From contig NC_014729.1 in assembly GCF_000172995.2 (NCBI RefSeq), positions 240,001 to 272,000 of the forward strand: a DNA stretch of 32,000 nt, read 5' to 3'. The notes beneath the pieces were generated by a model that saw only the letters and a list, made by a program, of their open reading frames with translations, made no database searches and was not told the DNA's origin. Both the position numbers and the translations under genes were made by a program. Origin of the DNA: Halogeometricum borinquense DSM 11551 (GTDB lineage: Archaea > Halobacteriota > Halobacteria > Halobacteriales > Haloferacaceae). Positions 24,886-32,000 of this stretch are shown one piece after another; positions within the stretch are counted from its first letter, which is position 1, and every line of letters starts with the position of its first letter.

Positions 24886-26402
24886 GTCAGTTCGGACCTG
24901 AGTGGCACGACGCAGTGGACACTGTTGGCGCGCCGGATTCCTCGGCAGCGCCGTTCTCCGCGTCGCTGGCGTTCGGAATCGCCGTTGTCGCCACTTTCGC
25001 TCTCGGCGTTGCTGTCGGGTCGCCGCTCGGTGCTGTTGTCACCGCTGTCGGTGCGAGCGTCGTCGGCTGGAGCGCAGGCGAGCTCACGAGCAACGAAAAC
25101 AGCCGCCGCGCCGTCGGGAGTATCAGTACCCTTGTTGGTACGTCGCTTCTTGCGGTCTCCATCGGCCTGTTCGGTCCCGAACCGTTTGTTGGTAGTGTCG
25201 CGGCGTTCGCACTCGTCGCTGTAGCATTCGACCGTTTCGCCGGACTGACCGAAGACACAGTCGGTGTCGTCTCCCGGGCGATTATCCACTCCGGTGTGGC
25301 TATCGCCGGCTTTGCCGCGCTGGCCCTGCTTGTACACTTCCACGTCGCCAGCACTGCGGCGTTGACCACGTACGGGCTGTTCTCTCTGCTCTCGAGAATG
25401 AGTCCGCTCGTTTCGGTCCTCGTTATCGAACTGGAAGTGCTGTTCATCGTTCTCACAATCGAACCCGCTATCGAGCGTCTGGAGCGCCTGACCCCGGAAA
25501 CTAGGGTCCTTGACCGTATCACCGCGCTTGATGTTGTTGCTGTCGATATCGCTGCCGTTCCGCGTGGCGTCTGGATCCTCGTCGCTGGAACCGGCTATCT
25601 CACGGCAACTTCGTGGGCGCGAGTGATGTTCGAGCAGTTCCTCGATTCGCTCTCGATGCTCGGTACGGCCGTCGCGTTCCTCCTTCAGTCTGGTTTCATC
25701 ACTGGCCCGCTCGGTTTCGTTGTGGCGCTTCTCTTGGCAGTGTTCGCCGTCAATATGGCTCGTCTGGTCGTCATGTTTTGGCTCGGATCTGACCCGTCGG
25801 AGACGCTTTCGCTGGCCGCGGGTGGGTTCGTCGTCGGATCGGTGGCTTTCGTCGGGGGTCTCATCCCGTCTCTCTCGTCGATTGTCTCAACCACGTTCTC
25901 CGAGGGGCCGCTGTTGCAGATCATGGCTCGCGTGTACGGCACCGGCGCGACACTTCTCGCCGTCGTGGTGGGATTGCTCTTCGTCGTCCTCCTTATCCTC
26001 GCCGTGATCGTCTACCTCGTTGAACACGAGTTTGTTCCACCTGCCGCGGGCGGGTTCGCCCTCGGCAGTGGACTGCTGTTCATCGCCGGACTTCTGGTCG
26101 CCGCCACCGATGCGGCGGCTATCGTCACCGTCGCCACTGTCGGTGCGGCTCTCCTCGTTTGGGATCTCGGCGAGAACGCTGTTGACGTGGGGCAGACGCT
26201 CGGAACCGACGCGGAGACGCGCCGTGGTGAAGCCGTCCACGCCGCCGGGAGTATCGCCGTCGTGACTGGTGCCGTCGTTCTCGCGGCTATCTCGCTGTAC
26301 GTCCTCGGTCCGCTGTCGGTTCCGGCGGGCCGCGCGCGCTTTGCGTTGCTGTTACTCGTCGTGGCGCTCTGCGGTTTCGCCGTGGCGACGTACAACGAGT
26401 GA
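24882..26402 (+). CDS. Polytopic integral membrane protein (about 12 or more TM), unknown function
   Basis: ATG at 24882 overlaps the upstream TGA (ATGA at 24882-24885). The translation is almost entirely hydrophobic helices. Confidence 0.75.
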   Translation: MSQFGPEWHDAVDTVGAPDSSAAPFSASLAFGIAVVATFALGVAVGSPLGAVVTAVGASVVGWSAGELTSNENSRRAVGSISTLVGTSLLAVSIGLFGPEPFVGSVAAFALVAVAFDRFAGLTEDTVGVVSRAIIHSGVAIAGFAALALLVHFHVASTAALTTYGLFSLLSRMSPLVSVLVIELEVLFIVLTIEPAIERLERLTPETRVLDRITALDVVAVDIAAVPRGVWILVAGTGYLTATSWARVMFEQFLDSLSMLGTAVAFLLQSGFITGPLGFVVALLLAVFAVNMARLVVMFWLGSDPSETLSLAAGGFVVGSVAFVGGLIPSLSSIVSTTFSEGPLLQIMARVYGTGATLLAVVVGLLFVVLLILAVIVYLVEHEFVPPAAGGFALGSGLLFIAGLLVAATDAAAIVTVATVGAALLVWDLGENAVDVGQTLGTDAETRRGEAVHAAGSIAVVTGAVVLAAISLYVLGPLSVPAGRARFALLLLVVALCGFAVATYNE

Positions 26403-26480
26403 CGACTCGGCGGCGAACCTCTCCCTCATCCACCGTGTGAACGGTACTATCAATACAGAGACGTTCGTCGGTATGACGCA

Positions 26481-26720
26481 ATGTCAGAGCCACTTCGTGC
26501 GAAGTCCGGCGAGTTGACGGCCGACGAGATACTCGACATACTTCGTGAGGGCCGTCGTGTCATCGTTGAGGCGGAGATGCTCGGTGGGGTACACGAGGTG
26601 TCACTCCGCCACGACGGGACGACGTTCTACTGTGATACGCCGACGACGCTCCACAAACACGCCGAAGAGGAGGAGATGCGAAACTGTATCGTGAAGATGG
26701 GGTACGCGAAGGACGAGTAA
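26481..26720 (+). CDS. Small hypothetical cytoplasmic protein (79 aa)
   Basis: Clean ATG ORF with acidic composition: ELTADEILDILREGRRVIVEAEMLGGVHEVSLRHDGTTFYCDTP. Confidence 0.55.
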   Translation: MSEPLRAKSGELTADEILDILREGRRVIVEAEMLGGVHEVSLRHDGTTFYCDTPTTLHKHAEEEEMRNCIVKMGYAKDE

Positions 26721-26781
26721 TCTAGGCGCGCTCGTTTCCGGTGGCAGGTTCTTTTAATCGGTTGGAGAAAGAGTACGATGT

Positions 26782-27153
26782 ATGAGCGACACGCCAGACA
26801 TGGGGGACCTCATCGAGACCGACGACCCCAGTTTCCAGCACGTCCTCGCGTGTGTCTTCGGGATTCAAGAACACGAGAGCAGAACGTACCTCACTCTCCT
26901 TGATAACCCCGGCAGTACCGTCGCCGAACTGGCTGACATCCTCGACAGAGATCGGAGCAACGTCAACCGTTCGCTGACGACGCTGATGGAGAAGAATCTC
27001 GCTGATCGGGAGCGACGACTGTTGGATCCCGGCGGCTACGTCTACCAGTACACCGGCACGCCGCTCCCGGAGGCGAAAGAGATGCTCCACAACGCGCTGG
27101 ATAAGTGGGCAGAACAAGTCCACGAGAGTATCGAAGAGTACGGCACCGAGTAA
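26782..27153 (+). CDS. Winged helix-turn-helix transcriptional regulator (TrmB/ArsR-like small HTH protein)
   Basis: SRTYLTLLDNPGSTVAELADILDRDRSNVNRSLTTLMEKNLADRE is a typical wHTH recognition segment. Confidence 0.7.
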   Translation: MSDTPDMGDLIETDDPSFQHVLACVFGIQEHESRTYLTLLDNPGSTVAELADILDRDRSNVNRSLTTLMEKNLADRERRLLDPGGYVYQYTGTPLPEAKEMLHNALDKWAEQVHESIEEYGTE

Positions 27154-27283
27154 TCGGAGATACGGACGGTGTGTCGTCAGCGGGCGTGACAGCGCGTTAC
27201 CCCCTGCGAACACCCGACTCTGTACGCTGGCAGGACACGCCCGAACCGTCTCCCTTTTGCCCGCCGAACGTGACCGTCCGACA

Positions 27284-28549
27284 ATGAGCCTCGAACTCAC
27301 CGCCCCCGCGCCGGACGTTCCGGACGTTGCAGACGACGGTGTGTGGTTAGAGTGTATCGAGACGGGCGAGACGTACGCCCCGTTCGACGAGATTCGGTAC
27401 ACAAGCGACCACGGTCACTTACTCGAAGTGCGCTATGCGAACCCGCCGACGTTCGAAGACTTCCAAGGGCAGGGTCGCGGCGTCTGGCGGTATCGCTCGG
27501 CGCTCCCGTTCGAGGAGGGTGTGAGTCTGCCCGAGGGTGACACGCCCCTTCACGAAGCCCCGCGACTGCGCGAGGATATCGGCGTGAACACGCTCCGAAT
27601 CAAACACGAGGGGATGAATCCGACGGGCAGTTTCAAAGACCGAGGCATGACTGTCGGCGTCCGCGTGGCCAAGGAACTCGGCGTTGACCGTCTCGCATGT
27701 GCTTCCACTGGGAACACCTCCGCCGCACTCGCCGCCTACGGCGCGCGCGGCGGGATGGAGACGCTGGTGCTTCTCCCGTCCGGGAAAGTCGCCGCCGGGA
27801 AGATTGCGCAGGCCGCGCTTCACGACGCGCGCATTCTCGAAGTTGACGGAAACTTCGACTCCTGTCTCGATATCGTCCAAGAGTTGGCCGAACGCGGTGA
27901 AGTCTACCTGTTGAACTCGCTCAACCCGTTCCGGTTAGAGGGGCAGAAGACAATCGGACTGGAGATTCTGGAGGCGTTCCGCGACGACTACGGTCGCTTC
28001 CCCGATAGAATCGTCCTTCCCGTCGGCAACGCAGGTAACACTTCGGCGCTGTACAAGGCGTTCCGCGAACTCGTTCAGTCGGGCGCACTCGATCCCGAAC
28101 AGGTGCCGAAACTCACCGGCGTCCAAGCCGAGGGTGCGGCCCCGATGGTCGAAGCCATCGAGAACGGTTGGGAGGATACGAAGCGCTGGGACGAGGTGGA
28201 GACGCGTGCGACGGCCATCCGCATCGGCAACCCGGTCAACGCACCGAAGGCGCTCCCCGGCATCCGCGAGACGGATGGGACGGCCGTCGCCGTCTCCGAC
28301 GAGGAGATTACCGAGGCGCAGCGAGACTTGGCAGGCGAGGGTATCGGTGTCGAACCCGCCTCCGCCGCATCCGTCGCCGGTCTTCAAAAACTCCGCCACG
28401 AGGGCGTCGTAGACCCCGACGAGGACGTGGTGTGTCTCACTACCGGTCATCTCCTGAAGGACCCCGACGCCGCGTTCGAGGCGGGCGGCGAACCCGAACC
28501 GGTGGCAAACGACACCGAAGCCGTGTTAGAACACATCGGCGCGGAGTGA
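27284..28549 (+). CDS. thrC: Threonine synthase
   Basis: PLP-lysine motif HEGMNPTGSFKDRGMTV, then ASTGNTSAALAAY and PVGNAGNTSA. ATG at 27284 is preferred over the TTG at 27257. Confidence 0.92.
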   Translation: MSLELTAPAPDVPDVADDGVWLECIETGETYAPFDEIRYTSDHGHLLEVRYANPPTFEDFQGQGRGVWRYRSALPFEEGVSLPEGDTPLHEAPRLREDIGVNTLRIKHEGMNPTGSFKDRGMTVGVRVAKELGVDRLACASTGNTSAALAAYGARGGMETLVLLPSGKVAAGKIAQAALHDARILEVDGNFDSCLDIVQELAERGEVYLLNSLNPFRLEGQKTIGLEILEAFRDDYGRFPDRIVLPVGNAGNTSALYKAFRELVQSGALDPEQVPKLTGVQAEGAAPMVEAIENGWEDTKRWDEVETRATAIRIGNPVNAPKALPGIRETDGTAVAVSDEEITEAQRDLAGEGIGVEPASAASVAGLQKLRHEGVVDPDEDVVCLTTGHLLKDPDAAFEAGGEPEPVANDTEAVLEHIGAE

Positions 28550-28630
28550 CCCTGCCTCGCTCCCGTTTCTGACTGGCGGATGACGTCAGTCTGACGTACC
28601 TTCTTGCTACTGTGGTACTTCTTCACTAGC

Positions 28631-29056
28631 ATGTCCTCGCAAACGCTCCCGACCGGAACGGTGAGTGGCGGTTCGGACGGGTCGCGGACGTTCCCGGTTC
28701 GAGACGTTCCGCGACTCGAACGCGCCTGCGATGAACCGTCGGAGGCGGCTGATCCGACGACCGAGACCGAATCGCAGTCAGTCTCCGCAGAACTCGCACA
28801 TCTTCGCCGGGAGAACGAAGAACTCCGTCGCGCGCTTTCGGAAGCACGTCAGCAACGGCAAGATGTCATCGACCGATACGAACGACTTCTCGACAGGGCG
28901 CAAGCGGAGGCAAGCGCTGACTCTGCATCCGTCTCTCACCAGTCGGCTGACGGCTCGTCTGATTCGCTCGCACAACGAGTCGCCGACGAATTCGGTTCGC
29001 GGTGGACGGCGTTTCGCAGACGCTGTCGGCAGTGGATTCACGCGCCGAATCTCTGA
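28631..29056 (+). CDS. Hypothetical coiled-coil protein (141 aa)
   Basis: From ATG at 28631. Central heptad-like segment AELAHLRRENEELRRALSEARQQRQDVIDRYERLLDRAQAE and basic aromatic C-terminus WTAFRRRCRQWIH. Confidence 0.55.
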   Translation: MSSQTLPTGTVSGGSDGSRTFPVRDVPRLERACDEPSEAADPTTETESQSVSAELAHLRRENEELRRALSEARQQRQDVIDRYERLLDRAQAEASADSASVSHQSADGSSDSLAQRVADEFGSRWTAFRRRCRQWIHAPNL

Positions 29057-29120
29057 TTAGAATCTAACTGCTATCCTCCAGCAGCCTTTCCCATACCGCA
29101 AAAACTGCCCGCAGAGTCGG

Positions 29121-30713
29121 TTATTCGGCGGTTCCGTTCAGCGTGAGATATTTCACGTCGGTGATGCGTTCGTCGGCCAGCAGTTTCTCGCTGACTTCCT
29201 CCGGGATGGGGTCGTCGAGGTTGTACACAGTCAGTGCCTCGCCGCCGTCCGCGGAGCGTCGGGCGTTGAACATGCCCGCGATGTTCACGTCGTTTTCTCC
29301 GAGAACCGTCCCGATGAAGCCGATGACGCCCGGTTTGTCGTAGTTGCGGGCGACGAGCATCTGTCCGTGCGGGATGGCGTCAACGCGGTAGCCGTCTATG
29401 CGGACGATACGCGGATCCTCGCCGGCGAACAGGGTTCCGCAGACGCTGAGAGATTCGTCGTCGTTACCGACGGTGACGGTGACGAGGCTCTGGAAGTCCT
29501 CTGCCTGTCGGGTTTTTGACTCGGTGACTTCGATGCCGCGCTCCTCAGCGATGCGTGGCGCGTTCACGGCGTTTACCTGCCACTCAAGCGGTTCGAAGAC
29601 ACCCTTGAGTGCCGAGGCGGTAACGAGTTCGATGTCCTCTTCTGCGATATCGCCCTCGTAGGAGACTTCGACGTTCGAGATACGGCCGTCGAGCAGTTGT
29701 GCGGCCACCTTCCCCGCCGTTTCCGCGAGGTCGATGTACGGGCGGATACGCGGGAATGCGCTCTTATCAACCGACGGAGCGTTCAGCGCGTTCATGACGG
29801 GTTCGCCGTTGAATGCGGCGTCTATCTGGTCTGCGATGGACGTGGCGACGTTCTCTTGGGCCGCCTCCGTGGACGCGCCGAGGTGCGGCGTGACGACGAC
29901 ATCATCCACGTCGAGAAGCGGGTTGTCCGGGGAGACCGGTTCGTCTGCGAACACGTCGATAGCCGCGCCGTCGAGTGTTCCATCCTCGACAGCGGCAGCG
30001 AGAGCGTCTTCATCTACGACGCCGCCGCGGGCGCAGTTGACGAGGTAGCCGCCGCCCATCAGTTCCAACTCCTCAGTCGAGATGAGATCTTCCGTCTCCG
30101 GCGTCAGCGGCGTGTGGACCGTCAGGAAGTCCGCACGTTCGAGGCATGCCTCGAACTCGACGAGTTTCGCACCGAGACGTTCGGCGCGTTCCTCGCCGAT
30201 GTACGGGTCGTACGCGACGAGGTCCATGCCGATGCCGTCGAGACGCTTTGCGACCTCTTGACCGACGCGGCCGAGACCGACGATACCCAGCGTCTTGGCG
30301 TTCAGTTCGGTTCCGAGGTAGTCGCCCTTGGCCCACTCGCCCGTTTTGAGTCGCGCGTGCGCTTGCGGGATGGAGCGTGCGGAGGCGAACGCCATTGCCA
30401 CGGTGTGTTCGGCGGCGGCGCGGACGTTCCCCTCGGGTGCGTTAGCGACGATGACGCCGTGGTCGGTGGCGGCGTCGATATCGATGTTGTCTACGCCGAT
30501 GCCCGCGCGTCCGACGATGACGAGGTCGGATGCGGCCTCGAACACCGCGTCGGTCACTTCCGTTCCGGAGCGAACGACGAGTGCGTTCGCGTCCGCGACA
30601 GCGTCCAACAGTGCGTCGCCCGTTACGTCGTAGGCAGTTTCGACTTCGTGACCCGCTTCACGAAGGCGTTCCAGACCCGCATCGTCGATGGGGTCCGTCA
30701 CGAGTACCTTCAT
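29121..30713 (-). CDS. serA: D-3-phosphoglycerate dehydrogenase (long form with C-terminal ACT domain)
   Basis: MKVLVTDPIDDAGLERL..., the NAD fold GIVGLGRVGQEVA, NCARGGVVDE, HLGAST and a C-terminal ACT region. Alternative start at 30725 (MITRMKV). Confidence 0.92.
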   Translation of the reverse strand: MKVLVTDPIDDAGLERLREAGHEVETAYDVTGDALLDAVADANALVVRSGTEVTDAVFEAASDLVIVGRAGIGVDNIDIDAATDHGVIVANAPEGNVRAAAEHTVAMAFASARSIPQAHARLKTGEWAKGDYLGTELNAKTLGIVGLGRVGQEVAKRLDGIGMDLVAYDPYIGEERAERLGAKLVEFEACLERADFLTVHTPLTPETEDLISTEELELMGGGYLVNCARGGVVDEDALAAAVEDGTLDGAAIDVFADEPVSPDNPLLDVDDVVVTPHLGASTEAAQENVATSIADQIDAAFNGEPVMNALNAPSVDKSAFPRIRPYIDLAETAGKVAAQLLDGRISNVEVSYEGDIAEEDIELVTASALKGVFEPLEWQVNAVNAPRIAEERGIEVTESKTRQAEDFQSLVTVTVGNDDESLSVCGTLFAGEDPRIVRIDGYRVDAIPHGQMLVARNYDKPGVIGFIGTVLGENDVNIAGMFNARRSADGGEALTVYNLDDPIPEEVSEKLLADERITDVKYLTLNGTAE

Positions 30714-30880
30714 GCGCGTAATCATCGTATGTCCGGGGTTAAGGGTTTCTTCCTCGGCGGTATTGGCTGTGCTAGTTGCTCGCTTCCGACATACGTCTAT
30801 AAACCGATGACTCGGATTGATCCACACCGGAATGCTGACGGGATGGGTGGTTTCAAACCGTCCGCAGATAAGTAGCGAGT

Positions 30881-31531
30881 ATGCGACTCGTGGCCTTCGA
30901 CTTCGACGGAACGCTCTCGGACTCGGAGATGACGGTCCTCCTCGGCCGCCAGATGGATGTGGCCGACGAGATGGCTGACATCACCGAACGTGCGATGAAC
31001 GACGAACTCTCCTACGCCGACAGTCTCCGCAAACGCGCCGCACTCCTCGATGGACTCGACGACGAGGCCGCATCCGAGGCGTACGGCCAAGTGACGCTTC
31101 GACCCGGTGCGGCGGATCTTATCGAACGACTCCGAGACGCAGGACACCACGTCGCCATCCTCACGGGTGGCTTCGAACGCGGCGTCGAACGCGCTTTAGA
31201 GAAAGACGGTGTGGAGGTGGATTCTATCGTCGCTAACCGACTTCCAGTCGAGGGCGGACGCCTCACTGGTGAGGTCGAAGGACCGCTCATCGAAGGGACG
31301 AAAGACGACGCGTTGGAATCTCTGGCGGACGAACTCGACGTGGACCTTGCACGGACAGTCGCCGTCGGCGACGGCGCGAACGACCTGCCGATGCTCGAAG
31401 TTGCCGGTCTTTCGGTCGGATTCCTCCCGAAACCTGCCGTCAGGCCGTCCTGTGACGCCGTCGTCGCGTCGATGTACCGCCTCGGAAAACTGTTCGAGGG
31501 ACACAGTATGCTGAAGAACTCGGACCAGTAA
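30881..31531 (+). CDS. serB: Phosphoserine phosphatase (HAD superfamily, SerB type)
   Basis: HAD motif I FDFDGTLS, a motif II-like ILTGGF, and motif IV GDGANDLPM. Divergent from serA. Confidence 0.8.
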   Translation: MRLVAFDFDGTLSDSEMTVLLGRQMDVADEMADITERAMNDELSYADSLRKRAALLDGLDDEAASEAYGQVTLRPGAADLIERLRDAGHHVAILTGGFERGVERALEKDGVEVDSIVANRLPVEGGRLTGEVEGPLIEGTKDDALESLADELDVDLARTVAVGDGANDLPMLEVAGLSVGFLPKPAVRPSCDAVVASMYRLGKLFEGHSMLKNSDQ

Positions 31532-31577
31532 CGTCACCACAGCCACATTTTTACTGCGGTCGGGAGACGACCGTGAT

Positions 31578-32000
31578 ATGACGACATCCGACCGTTCGTC
31601 GGCGACTGACTTTCGTGTCGCCCAGCAGTGGGATGATGGCTTAAGTTGGATCTCCGACCCCGACGAGATAGTACGACGGGCCAGTCACGCCGTCCGCGGT
31701 GATGACGACGGTGTGTGGTTGTTCGACCCAGTCGATGCACCCGGCATTGATGACGCCATCGCGGAACTCGGCCCGGTCGAGGGTGTGGCTGTTCTCTCGG
31801 CGTACCACGCACGCGACGCTGGCGCGTTCGCTACTCGCCACGACGTGCCGGTGTCGATTCCGCGGTGGCTTCCGCGCGTTGCGGAACGAGTTGATGCGGC
31901 TGTCGAACGGTTCAGCGGCGAACTCGGTGATTCAGGCTTTCGCGTCCGCCGATACGAGCCGATTCCGGGATGGTCTGAGGCCATCGCTTACCGCTCATCT
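31578..32000 (+). CDS. Hypothetical protein, 5' partial view (the ORF runs off the window end)
   Basis: My own translation from ATG at 31578: MTTSDRSSATDFRVAQQWDDGLSWISDPDEIVRRASHAVRGDDDGVWLFDPVDAPGIDDAIAELG... It is open for 141 codons to the window edge. It is absent from the ORF track, presumably because it has no stop. Confidence 0.6.
   Translation, partial: MTTSDRSSATDFRVAQQWDDGLSWISDPDEIVRRASHAVRGDDDGVWLFDPVDAPGIDDAIAELGPVEGVAVLSAYHARDAGAFATRHDVPVSIPRWLPRVAERVDAAVERFSGELGDSGFRVRRYEPIPGWSEAIAYRSS

Noticed and set aside
28581-28597. TGACGTCA / ACGTCA-GTC-TGACGT palindrome after thrC, considered as a terminator
   Set aside because: The stem is short (6 bp) and no T-tract follows, so I cannot distinguish a terminator from an operator or from chance. 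It is mentioned only under the coiled-coil finding.
29697-30875. 392-aa ORF antisense to serA
   Set aside because: It has an antisense-of-GC-rich-gene composition (Arg/Val/Gly/Asp) and no motifs. serA on the minus strand is unambiguous.
1-32000. Search by eye for tRNA, rRNA, CRISPR, integrase, transposase, toxin-antitoxin or known defence-system genes
   Set aside because: None was recognised in any frame. The only P-loop NTPase in the window is the ArsA/Get3-type ATPase. Absence by eye is not proof, and tRNAscan, Infernal or DefenseFinder would be needed to confirm it.

Overview
GC-rich segment (roughly 60-65% GC by eye) that looks like haloarchaeal chromosome (class Halobacteria). The assignment is inferred from strongly acidic predicted proteins, a twin-arginine signal peptide, Thr/Pro linkers, and many starts lying 25-30 nt downstream of TTTA-type TATA boxes, which suggests leaderless transcripts. 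I call about 38 protein-coding genes. By eye I saw no rRNA, tRNA, CRISPR array, transposase or IS element. Recognisable housekeeping genes are hisA, hisB, an ACT-domain amino-acid regulator, a YigZ/IMPACT protein, an FAD oxidoreductase, an S9 peptidase, upp, a single-domain ArsA/Get3-type ATPase, cstA, an M48 (HtpX-like) protease, thrC, serA and serB. The less ordinary content is: (1) a processive synthase-type GT2 glycosyltransferase preceded by a Zn-ribbon mini-protein and divergent from a Tat-secreted GH26-like hydrolase (9.2-12.7 kb), a candidate synthase-dependent exopolysaccharide locus; (2) a four-gene operon of membrane proteins joined by three ATGA overlaps (DUF4129-like, 2-TM protein, DUF58-like, polytopic protein; 21.6-26.4 kb), with no MoxR ATPase in the window and back-to-back with the M48 protease gene; (3) a 98-aa acidic protein tightly coupled to the ArsA/Get3 ATPase; (4) 26-27 bp tandem repeats upstream of hisA that share a 12-mer with the ACT-regulator promoter; (5) two unusually long intergenic regions with AT-rich cores (8168-8492 and 13727-14146) that no ORF explains. 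All family assignments come from motif recognition in the supplied translations. No database search was run.
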